Assembly (NCBI GenBank): GCA_015069395.1
Contig: SVIR01000002.1
Location: forward strand, 18,005-82,004
Source of the DNA: Clostridiales bacterium
Lineage (GTDB): Bacteria; Bacillota; Clostridia; Christensenellales; UBA1242
DNA: 64,000 bases
Direction of reading: 5' to 3'
Positions within the stretch are counted from its first letter, which is position 1, and each line of letters opens with the position of its first letter. Positions 9,767-17,392 of this stretch are shown here, one piece after another. The position numbers were made by a program, and so were the translations under genes. Below the pieces are notes generated by a model that was given only the letters and a program-made list of their open reading frames with translations, had not been told where the DNA came from and did not search any database.

Positions 9767-10536
9767 GTATGAAAGAGAATGCAAAAACCAAAAGAAAACC
9801 TTTTTATCTTGCAATTGACAGTGATTTTTTAAGAAGTTTCTCTTATTTCTTAGGAGGGAAAGATTCCCTAGAAGAAAAGAAGAGAAGAGATGTAAACATT
9901 AGAAACAATTATGGCTATTTTGGACATATTAAAGATTTGATGGAGGGAGACTTTGTTAGATTTGTTGTTACGCCTACAGTATTTCAAGAAGTAAAACATG
10001 GAGAATCATTTAAAAATTTTATCTCAAAACATTGTATAGTTCCTCAAATTAATCCTGAAAACTATCAGAGATATTCAAACAAAGTCAATGAATTGGCAGA
10101 GGCTTATTGCACAGAAACAAGTTATGTAGAAGACCACGTGGCAGCGCCAATGCATTTAAACTATGTGGCAGCAATTGGCAAATATGTGCCTACAAATGAT
10201 GCATTTATTATGGCAGAGGCGACTGTGTTGGGTTTATCTTTATTGACTTGCAATGTAAATGACTTTTTGCAAAGCAGGATATGGAGAGAAAGAGCTGAAA
10301 AGAGCAAGTTTGAATATGGAAACGATATTGCTAAAGGAATTTCAATTATAAATAAAAAATACCATTATGTTTTTGATAGCACATCTGAAGAATCTGTTTT
10401 TTCTATTCCTACACCTTTGGCGCCTTATTTACTTTGCAATTTAACAAAAACCACAAAAAAGGTTGCAGAATTTAGCACTCCAGTCCCTATTATAGACGAA
10501 AATGGAAAACTAGATGCAAAAGAACTTGAAAGATAA
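9763..10536 (+). CDS. PIN-like domain protein with C-terminal extension
   Basis: Acidic and polar positions are spaced like a PIN fold: LAIDSDF, TPTVFQEVKH, TNDAFIMAEA, LLTCNVNDF. An uncharacterised tail of about 80 aa follows. Confidence 0.55.
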   Translation: MSMKENAKTKRKPFYLAIDSDFLRSFSYFLGGKDSLEEKKRRDVNIRNNYGYFGHIKDLMEGDFVRFVVTPTVFQEVKHGESFKNFISKHCIVPQINPENYQRYSNKVNELAEAYCTETSYVEDHVAAPMHLNYVAAIGKYVPTNDAFIMAEATVLGLSLLTCNVNDFLQSRIWRERAEKSKFEYGNDIAKGISIINKKYHYVFDSTSEESVFSIPTPLAPYLLCNLTKTTKKVAEFSTPVPIIDENGKLDAKELER

Positions 10537-10557
10537 AAAGCCGCAAGGCTTTTTTTA
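10536..10557 (+). terminator. Rho-independent terminator
   Basis: Stem AAAGCC/GGCTTT with loop GCAA, followed by a T-run. Confidence 0.65.
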
Positions 10558-10637
10558 TTAAATTGAACAAAAAAGCAATAAACAAAAGTTGCAAATTTAG
10601 TTTCTTGTATAAAATTATCAGAATGTTGAATTTTTTG

Positions 10638-10667
10638 TTGACAAGATTCAGTATTTTGGTTTAAAAT
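10638..10667 (+). promoter_or_regulatory. Sigma-A type promoter of the XRE/RSH/TGase-like operon
   Basis: TTGACA-N18-TAAAAT. Confidence 0.5.
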
Positions 10668-10692
10668 AACAACACCATGAGTGAGGTGTGTT

Positions 10693-11652
10693 ATGAGCAA
10701 TTTTCAAAAAAATCTTAAAAAATTGGCAGACAAATATACTCAAAAGTACATTGCAGAACAAACGGGTTTTTCGCAATCAAGCATAAACAATTATCTTACA
10801 AAATCAAGCGAGCCGTCTATACAGTTTCTGATAGCATTAAAAAATGCCTTCGGAATCTGTTTGGACGACTTTTTATTTTCTGAAATGGAGGATAGTGAAG
10901 ATATTTCCTATGAAAGATTTATAGGGAATTATATTGTTTATTATTACAACAACAATGCTTACAAGGGAGAGATACATAGCAATTTGAGCAACACTTTGAA
11001 TTATGGTGTTGTAAGCATCATAAAAGAAGGAGTAAACAAAAATGTTGTGGTATATGGAACCTTCTTGAAAGAAAAATCTGAAGCCGTAAAACTTTTAAAA
11101 AGAGTTAATGCAACTAAAAATTCTACAGAAATTTTAGAAGAACATAAAAAATACAACAATCTTTATAAGGGAACGTTGAATTATAACCAACAAAGTATTT
11201 TTATAGAGCTTGGTAGCAAATCTAAGGGAGATCAAAGTTATATGATTTTCAACAATCCACCATCAAATAATGATTATATAGGTGGTGTTGGAACGGTTAA
11301 TACAGTTGCTAGAGGAAGAGAACACAACCCTTGTGTTGAGTTTATCATTATTTCAAAAAAATTGATAGATAAGCCAGACGGAGAACTTTATAAATGTCTT
11401 AAGTTTGACGATTTCAGTGTAAATTTTGACAACGCCATTTCAGATTTAGTAGAGCTGTTTAAGAGATTATTTGTTGAAAACAATGAGATTTCAACAAACT
11501 TGTTAGAGAACCAAAAATATGCAATCATACAAAACAAATTTGAGTTTATTTTTAATGAAATTGTACAGGCGAATTTGTTTAGATTTGCCAAGATTTCAAA
11601 CAAAGAGGACGACACAATCTATAAACTCATTAAGGAGGGAATAGATGTTTGA
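10693..11652 (+). CDS. XRE-family HTH protein with unrecognised C-terminal domain of about 250 aa
   Basis: N-terminal HTH YIAEQTGFSQSSINNYLTKSSEPSIQFLIALKNAFG. The start is ATG 10693, behind GAGGTG. The C-terminal part looks beta-rich and ends in helices. Confidence 0.75.
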   Translation: MSNFQKNLKKLADKYTQKYIAEQTGFSQSSINNYLTKSSEPSIQFLIALKNAFGICLDDFLFSEMEDSEDISYERFIGNYIVYYYNNNAYKGEIHSNLSNTLNYGVVSIIKEGVNKNVVVYGTFLKEKSEAVKLLKRVNATKNSTEILEEHKKYNNLYKGTLNYNQQSIFIELGSKSKGDQSYMIFNNPPSNNDYIGGVGTVNTVARGREHNPCVEFIIISKKLIDKPDGELYKCLKFDDFSVNFDNAISDLVELFKRLFVENNEISTNLLENQKYAIIQNKFEFIFNEIVQANLFRFAKISNKEDDTIYKLIKEGIDV

Positions 11653-13084
11653 AAAAATAGACGATAGATTTGATTTGATCAGACAGCAATTTTTAAAAAA
11701 TGGACTCTCCGTTGATATGATTGAAAAAGCTTATGGGTTAGCAAAAAAACTGCATAAAGATCAAATAAGAAAAGATGGGACTCCTTATCTTGCGCACCCG
11801 GTTGAAGTGGCGATAATTTTAGCAAAATTGGGGTTTGATGAAGATGTAATAAGTGCTTGCTTGTTGCATGATGTTGTAGAAGATTGTGGTTATACTGTAG
11901 ACGAAATAGGCAAAGAATTTAACAAAAATGTAGCAGAAATGGTTGATTGTGTAAGTGCCATTGACAAAGAGAAGTATATTTTTGACAAAGACGATGTTTA
12001 TGAAAGTGAAGATTTTGAAAAAGCATCTATAGAAGAGCAATCTTTTAAAAAGCTTATTGCAATTGGCAAAAAAAATCCAAAAGGTTTTTGTATAAAGTTT
12101 GCAGATAGACTTCACAACTTAAGGACCATTGAGTGTTTTGATTATGGCAAACAACTTGAAAAGGTTAAGGAAACCGAAAAGTGGATTATTCCAATTGCAA
12201 AAATTTTAAATGCAGAATATTTTTATAGGTCTTTAAAAAACGAATGTTTTAAAATTGTTCACAGATATGACGGACAAGAGTTTTTTGAATTATATTCAAA
12301 TTTTCATAATGCAAATGCAAAAAACATCGAATCTTTGCTTGAAAAGTTTAATGAAGTATTTTTAAACACACCAATAAAAACGATCAAAATAAAACCCGTA
12401 AGGGAGTATAAAGTTTTTCAAGATTTACAAAAAATCTTGAAGAATTTGAACATCTCAAAAGTTTCACAAGGACAAATTTTGAAAGTGACAAATTTCAATA
12501 TATATTTATTGTATGACAATGTAAAATACAGAGAAATAATTGGTGAGATTGTCAATCGATTAAACAACAAGTTTAGCAAAATAAAGATTATTGATGCGAA
12601 GGTTGGAAGTTTTACAAACAAACCGTATTTTCAGTTGCAAGACGATATTAAAACAAAATTTAATCTTTATGTAATGTCGCATTATGATTATGCTATTCAA
12701 AGAAATGGAACATTGGACGGGCAAGTAAATTATCTTATTGACGAAGACAATCTCGACAGTCTAGAAACCGAACTTATCAAAGTTAAGACCCGTTCAGGAG
12801 AGGTTAAGTACATTGCAAAAGGAAGCACGGTTTTGGACTTTGCTTTTAAAATTCACAAAGACATTGGCTTTGGTTTTAAATATGCGATAATAAACAATTC
12901 AAAGACAAAGTCACCACCTTATACAAAATTGATTGAAGGGGATCAAATCGAAGTTTTTGTTGAAAGAGATTCAAACGGAAAAATCAAAAACAATGCAGAT
13001 CTTAAATGGTTTGCATATGTAAACACAGATTTAGCTAAAAAAGTTTTAATTAAAAATTTTCAAGAAGTGATGTCTAAAAAATAA
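11645..13084 (+). CDS. Truncated long RelA/SpoT homologue: HD hydrolase + degenerate synthetase-like region + TGS
   Basis: HD motifs HKDQIRKDGTPYLAHP, LLHDVVEDC and FADRLHNLRT are present, as is the TGS segment IKVKTRSGEVKYIAKGSTVLDFAFKIH...IEGDQIEV. The ATG is preceded by AAGGAGGGA and overlaps the XRE gene's stop by 8 nt. Confidence 0.8.
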   Translation: MFEKIDDRFDLIRQQFLKNGLSVDMIEKAYGLAKKLHKDQIRKDGTPYLAHPVEVAIILAKLGFDEDVISACLLHDVVEDCGYTVDEIGKEFNKNVAEMVDCVSAIDKEKYIFDKDDVYESEDFEKASIEEQSFKKLIAIGKKNPKGFCIKFADRLHNLRTIECFDYGKQLEKVKETEKWIIPIAKILNAEYFYRSLKNECFKIVHRYDGQEFFELYSNFHNANAKNIESLLEKFNEVFLNTPIKTIKIKPVREYKVFQDLQKILKNLNISKVSQGQILKVTNFNIYLLYDNVKYREIIGEIVNRLNNKFSKIKIIDAKVGSFTNKPYFQLQDDIKTKFNLYVMSHYDYAIQRNGTLDGQVNYLIDEDNLDSLETELIKVKTRSGEVKYIAKGSTVLDFAFKIHKDIGFGFKYAIINNSKTKSPPYTKLIEGDQIEVFVERDSNGKIKNNADLKWFAYVNTDLAKKVLIKNFQEVMSKK

Positions 13085-13100
13085 TTATAAGGAGAGTTTA

Positions 13101-13649
13101 ATGTTTAATAAGCTTAATATTAAAACCCCTCAAGACTTAATGCAATATTTTAAAGACAATCTCAATTATGGGTTTGTTTATAGAAAGCAAAAATTTACAG
13201 ATATGGAACCTGATTTTCAGAAAAATATGGACAAATTGTATAAAATAAGGTTGGGTAAAGATTTTTTAAAACATAAATATGGTGTTTGTTGGGATTTTTG
13301 TGAGCTTGAAAGAACCTTTTTCTTAAAAAATAATATAGAACATCATTGTTATTTTATCGAAAGTTATATCAATCGTTCTGAAGGAGGCCCCACTCATACT
13401 TTTGCATTGTTCAAACAAAACAACAAGTGGTGTTGGTTTGAGTATAGTTGGTTTTATCATAGGGGAATATGGGAATACAATTCAAAAGAGGAGGCTTTGC
13501 AAGATATTTTATTAAAGTTTGAAAAATTTTTTGATAGAAAATTAATCAATATTAGAATATATGAGACAGCTCAAGTCAAAAAACGACTAAATGCCTTTGA
13601 ATTTGTAGAGCATTGTTTAAAAGGACAAAAGTTGGAATTGACCATTTGA
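13101..13649 (+). CDS. Transglutaminase/papain-fold-like Cys protein (hypothetical)
   Basis: Candidate Cys-His-acid order: YGVCWDFCE, PTHTFALF, WFEYSW. AAGGAGAG lies upstream and the gap after the RSH gene is 16 nt. Confidence 0.4.
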   Translation: MFNKLNIKTPQDLMQYFKDNLNYGFVYRKQKFTDMEPDFQKNMDKLYKIRLGKDFLKHKYGVCWDFCELERTFFLKNNIEHHCYFIESYINRSEGGPTHTFALFKQNNKWCWFEYSWFYHRGIWEYNSKEEALQDILLKFEKFFDRKLINIRIYETAQVKKRLNAFEFVEHCLKGQKLELTI

Positions 13650-13660
13650 ACATAGTCAGA

Positions 13661-13699
13661 AAAAAAGACTAGGAGATTTAAGTTTTCATAGTCTTTTTT
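13661..13699 (+). terminator. Operon terminator
   Basis: Stem AAAGACTA/TAGTCTTT followed by a T-run. Confidence 0.5.
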
Positions 13700-13753
13700 A
13701 TTGAATAAAATAGGCTCTAGTTACCCAGAGCCAACTTAATACGTATTTCACAA

Positions 13754-15121
13754 TCAAATATAAGAAAAAGTTATTTGAATATTTTCTGTTACGTTTTCTA
13801 TTGTATAGTAGCCATTTTCGTCTAGGCTTAATTGTTCACCATTTGCTTTTACTATCAAATTTTGTAAGTCATAATTAGGTCTAATATAAGGCAATTTAAA
13901 TGAACAATTTTTATTCTTTTCTACAATTAAAGTTTTAGCTCCTTTTGATTGATAAAGTGAGAATATATTATCATTATAGTTGTCAGAAATGATTTGGTCG
14001 TCTTGAAAGTATGTTTTTAAATAATGATAAGCAATGTATACTTCATATCCTTCAAACATCTTTAAATAGTATGTTTTTTTTGTTGCTCTGGCCAATGGTA
14101 TAAAATCCATACCACTATATAAAGGACGATAAAGTGGGAGCGTGTTGTATTCAATTCTTTTTTTATACCCCTTGTCTTCATATATCTCAAAACAATAGCC
14201 ATATCTTTTGTCGGCTTCAAAAGTAGAACGAAAATTTGGTAAAAATGTATTTTGTAACGAAGAGTATTTGTTGTCAGAATAATTATATTCTAATGTGGTG
14301 TCGAATTGATCATAATTACAATCGAAAGTAATAGAATAGTCTATATTTGTTCTATTATTAGCAACTATGGACAATATAGGACAACATATTGACAACATAC
14401 ATATTAAAATTATCGGCAAGATATAAATTTTTTTACTAACTTTTTTTGGCTCAAATTCGACAGGGGTGGAATTGTTTAGATATTTTAACTGTACAACTTG
14501 TATAATTAGAGAAACTATAATTCCTGCAAAGAAAGCAGAATAATGTCCCAAATTGCTTAACAAATCATAAGGATAAGGCTTGAAAGAGAAACCGTCAGTT
14601 CCTCCATCAAAGCACATCGCCAAATACATTAATGCTATTATTATTGCACCTAAAATAGTGTTTGTTTTATTCCTTTTGTATTTATGAAATGAAAAAATAT
14701 AATCTATAAGTATGTATGCATAACAAATATATACCAATCCAGAAGCACCGTGAAATTCTACTGAATAGCTACCAGCGGCACTAAACGCACCTTCTATAAA
14801 AGTTAAGCCTAAAACTAACAATAAAAAGTTAAATGTCCCTGTTTTTCTTTCAATATATAAACCACAAAATGAAAAACACAACATATTTAAAAGAACGTGT
14901 TGCCAATTCGAATGTTCGAAAGCATTTAAAAATACTCTAAAAATATTGCTTAAATCAAGTTTGCCATACCAAATATGTTGTCCACCAATGCCATCTGTAA
15001 AATAGTTTCCCAACAATGCAAACAATAATATATTTAAAGTAATGATGGTTAAAGTCCCTAAAAATAAATAGTTTCTACTATACCAACTTAATTTTTTGTG
15101 TTTATCGTCAACAAATTTCAT
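13754..15121 (-). CDS. Rhomboid-family intramembrane serine protease fused to a C-terminal extracytoplasmic domain of about 200 aa
   Basis: Motifs HSNWQHVLLNM, catalytic HGASGLVY and downstream LGHYSAFFAGI. An extra TM segment follows, then a Tyr/Asn-rich domain. Confidence 0.8.
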   Translation of the reverse strand: MKFVDDKHKKLSWYSRNYLFLGTLTIITLNILLFALLGNYFTDGIGGQHIWYGKLDLSNIFRVFLNAFEHSNWQHVLLNMLCFSFCGLYIERKTGTFNFLLLVLGLTFIEGAFSAAGSYSVEFHGASGLVYICYAYILIDYIFSFHKYKRNKTNTILGAIIIALMYLAMCFDGGTDGFSFKPYPYDLLSNLGHYSAFFAGIIVSLIIQVVQLKYLNNSTPVEFEPKKVSKKIYILPIILICMLSICCPILSIVANNRTNIDYSITFDCNYDQFDTTLEYNYSDNKYSSLQNTFLPNFRSTFEADKRYGYCFEIYEDKGYKKRIEYNTLPLYRPLYSGMDFIPLARATKKTYYLKMFEGYEVYIAYHYLKTYFQDDQIISDNYNDNIFSLYQSKGAKTLIVEKNKNCSFKLPYIRPNYDLQNLIVKANGEQLSLDENGYYTIENVTENIQITFSYI

Positions 15122-15212
15122 AAATTCTCCTAAATTGAGTATAACACAAACAAGTTCTATTTGTTACAAAAATTTTAGTATTTTTGACTATATAACAAAC
15201 AGAAACCATAAT

Positions 15213-15255
15213 AAAAAAAGACACCAAAATTTGCTTATAATCTGTCAAAAGTGTC
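15213..15255 (-). terminator. Possible terminator after tRNA-Lys
   Basis: On the minus strand, GACAC...GGTGTC is followed by seven T. The stem is short and the loop is long. Confidence 0.3.
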
Positions 15256-15328
15256 GTCAGATGTATTATTTGGGGTCAAACAAGTTATACTGATATAACA
15301 ATAGTAGTGCTTTTACACACATTTTAAC

Positions 15329-15404
15329 TGGTGGATTGCCAGGGGCTCGAACCCTGGACCCTTCGATTAAGAGTCGAATGCTCTACCAACTGAGCTAGCA
15401 ATCC
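15329..15404 (-). tRNA. trnK: tRNA-Lys (anticodon CTT), CCA-3' encoded
   Basis: The reverse complement GGATTGCTAGCTCAGTTGGTAGAGCATTCGACTCTTAATCGAAGGGTCCAGGGTTCGAGCCCCTGGCAATCCACCA folds as a 76-nt cloverleaf. Confidence 0.92.
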
Positions 15405-15432
15405 ATAATTTTGCACGTGAAAAACTATGTGT

Positions 15433-15461
15433 ATTATACTACACAAAAATCCTCTTGTCAA
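15433..15461 (-). promoter_or_regulatory. Consensus sigma-A promoter of tRNA-Lys
   Basis: Minus strand TTGACA-N17-TATAAT. Confidence 0.65.
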
Positions 15462-15489
15462 TTAAAATATTGAATTGATTTTAAAAATT

Positions 15490-15672
15490 TTAATCTTCAA
15501 TTTCGTTTGCAACTTCAATTTCGCCGTGCAATCTCTCAAAATCATTTAAATATCTTTTTATAGCAGTTTCGATTTCTTTGTTTTTGCTTCGCCCATTGAA
15601 ATTTGCTGTATATTTTATTTTTGACAACAAAGATTTTGGGATTCTTAAAGTGTAGCGTGGAAGGTTAGTCAT
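15490..15672 (-). CDS. Arc/MetJ-type ribbon-helix-helix DNA-binding protein
   Basis: 60 aa. YTLRIPKSLLSKIKYTANFNGRSKNKEIETAIKRYL matches the Arc-family pattern. GGAGTG lies upstream. Confidence 0.6.
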   Translation of the reverse strand: MTNLPRYTLRIPKSLLSKIKYTANFNGRSKNKEIETAIKRYLNDFERLHGEIEVANEIED

Positions 15673-15723
15673 AATTCACTCCTTGAGCAAATTTTACTAA
15701 ACTTTTAAAAAAATTACACCAAA

Positions 15724-15744
15724 GTGACGGCATAAATTCGTCAC
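15724..15744. promoter_or_regulatory. Inverted repeat GTGACG-N9-CGTCAC in the divergent RHH/alr intergenic region
   Basis: Read directly. A third GTGAC copy at 15787 coincides with the putative alr -35 box. Confidence 0.35.
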
Positions 15745-15786
15745 ATCTTATTAAAATTCGACAAAATTATGCAAAGAAATAAAGCT

Positions 15787-15816
15787 GTGACATATTTTAA
15801 TTTTTAAACCTATAAA
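15787..15816 (+). promoter_or_regulatory. Putative alr promoter
   Basis: GTGACA-N18-TATAAA, with the ATG at 15822 only 5 nt after the -10 box and no SD. Confidence 0.4.
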
Positions 15817-15821
15817 TAATT

Positions 15822-16811
15822 ATGGCGAATTTTAAAATTTTAAGCAAAGAAAATATGCTGTACAATTTAAAGAAATTTTGTTCTAAAAAAGTCTGTGCAA
15901 TGGTTAAAGCAAATGCTTATGGTCACGGTATAGAAAATGTCGTGCCCTTGATAGAAAACGAGGTAGAGTTTTTTGGAGTTTCAAGTTTAGAAGAAGCAAA
16001 ATTTGTAAGAAAATTTACAGACAAGAGAATCTTAATTTGTTCGAAAATATTGGATTTTAAAGCAACAAAAGAATTTGACATAATGATTGATAACAAAAGT
16101 GATTTAATAAAATGTTTGGAAGAAGGAAATATAAAAAATTTGCATCTCAAAATAAATTGTGGAATGAATCGCTATGGAACAAATTGTTTTTATGAACTTA
16201 GAAAAATCAATAGTCTGTTGGAAGACAACAAAGTTAAATTAAAATCAATATACACTCATTTTCACAATTTAGAAAACAGAAAAGAAACTTTTTTAAATTA
16301 TCAAAGATTTCAAGATTTAAGAGAAGAGATTTCGCAAGATACTATGATTTGTTTTGGAGGCTCGGGAACAATTAATTATCCTTTTGAGTATGATATCTTG
16401 AGATTGGGAATAGGACTATATGGTTTTGAGAATAAGAATTTGAAACCTGTTATGAGCATTAGGTCTTTTGTATCAAAAATTTTTTATGCAAAGAAATCAG
16501 ACTTTGTCGGTTATGGAAAGGTGGGGAAAGTGTATCAAGATTCTAAATTTGCAGTTGTGCCGGTTGGCTATGCAGATGGGCTGAGAAGAAACCTTAGCAC
16601 CAAGATTGAATGTTTGATTAATGGCAAAAAGTATAATTCTTTTGGCAACATTTGCATGGATTGTTTTTTTCTTGAAATTGACGAAAATGTAAAAGAGGGG
16701 GATATGGTAGAATTTGAAGATATTACATCTTTAGCGAAAAAAGCTAAAACTATAAGTTATGAAATTTTGACTGGACTTTCAAATTTTCGTGGAAAAACTA
16801 TTTTTATTTAA
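15822..16811 (+). CDS. alr: Alanine racemase (short form)
   Basis: PLP-lysine motif AMVKANAYGHG and the C-terminal motif VPVGYADG. Confidence 0.85.
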   Translation: MANFKILSKENMLYNLKKFCSKKVCAMVKANAYGHGIENVVPLIENEVEFFGVSSLEEAKFVRKFTDKRILICSKILDFKATKEFDIMIDNKSDLIKCLEEGNIKNLHLKINCGMNRYGTNCFYELRKINSLLEDNKVKLKSIYTHFHNLENRKETFLNYQRFQDLREEISQDTMICFGGSGTINYPFEYDILRLGIGLYGFENKNLKPVMSIRSFVSKIFYAKKSDFVGYGKVGKVYQDSKFAVVPVGYADGLRRNLSTKIECLINGKKYNSFGNICMDCFFLEIDENVKEGDMVEFEDITSLAKKAKTISYEILTGLSNFRGKTIFI

Positions 16812-16820
16812 TCTTCTTTG

Positions 16821-16829
16821 TGTTATAAT
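16821..16829 (+). promoter_or_regulatory. Extended -10 promoter (TGTTATAAT) of rsmD
   Basis: TGn plus TATAAT, with exactly 6 nt to ATG 16836 and no SD. Confidence 0.45.
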
Positions 16830-16835
16830 AAAATT

Positions 16836-17363
16836 ATGAGAGTAGATGCAGGAATTTATAAGGGTAGAAGGTTGGTAGAAAACAAATATGATCACATTAG
16901 ACCAACTACAGACAAAGTTAGACAAGCACTTTTTGTAAAATTGCAATTTTTTGTTCCTGAAAAAAGGGTTCTTGACTTGTTTTGTGGTACTGGTGCTATG
17001 GGAATAGAGGCTTTAAGTCGTGGGGCAAGTGAAGTTGTATTCGTTGATAAAGATGCAAGAAGTGTCGAAATGACAAAGGCAAATTTAAAAAACCTTAAAA
17101 TAAACAACAAAGTTTTCAAATGTGATGCTTTGGTGTTTTTAGAAAAATGTGATAAACAATTTGATTTAATAATATTAGATCCTCCATACAAGAGTGGGCT
17201 TTATGAAAAAGTTTTGGATAAGATTTATGAAAAAGAACTGCTTGCTGAAGATGGAATAATTGTTTGTGAGCATGCTACCGAGGATGTATTTGAAGACGGA
17301 AAATTTAAAGTCTTCGACGAAAAAAGATATGGCAACATAATGTTGACATATCTAGAGAAATAA
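16836..17363 (+). CDS. rsmD: 16S rRNA (guanine966-N2)-methyltransferase RsmD
   Basis: Motifs RPTTDKVRQALF, SAM-binding LDLFCGTGAMGIE and DPPY. Confidence 0.85.
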   Translation: MRVDAGIYKGRRLVENKYDHIRPTTDKVRQALFVKLQFFVPEKRVLDLFCGTGAMGIEALSRGASEVVFVDKDARSVEMTKANLKNLKINNKVFKCDALVFLEKCDKQFDLIILDPPYKSGLYEKVLDKIYEKELLAEDGIIVCEHATEDVFEDGKFKVFDEKRYGNIMLTYLEK

Positions 17364-17391
17364 AAAAACAAGTGTTGTCACTTGTTTTTTT
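17362..17391. terminator. Bidirectional terminator
   Basis: A-run, stem ACAAGTG/CACTTGT, then a T-run. Confidence 0.65.
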
Positions 17392-17392
17392 G

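Noticed and set aside
15183-15300. Plus-strand TTGACT-N17-CATAAT promoter-like sequence between the rhomboid gene and tRNA-Lys, as a possible sRNA or antisense promoter
   Set aside because: There is no downstream terminator or conserved structure on the plus strand. In such AT-rich DNA, chance promoter-like hexamers are expected.
9465-15404. Possible genomic island integrated at tRNA-Lys, covering the PIN cassette, the XRE/RSH operon and the rhomboid gene
   Set aside because: I found no integrase, recombinase or transposase gene. I found no direct repeat of the tRNA 3' end at the far boundary. I saw no obvious compositional break by eye. The patch looks accessory, but mobility is unsupported.
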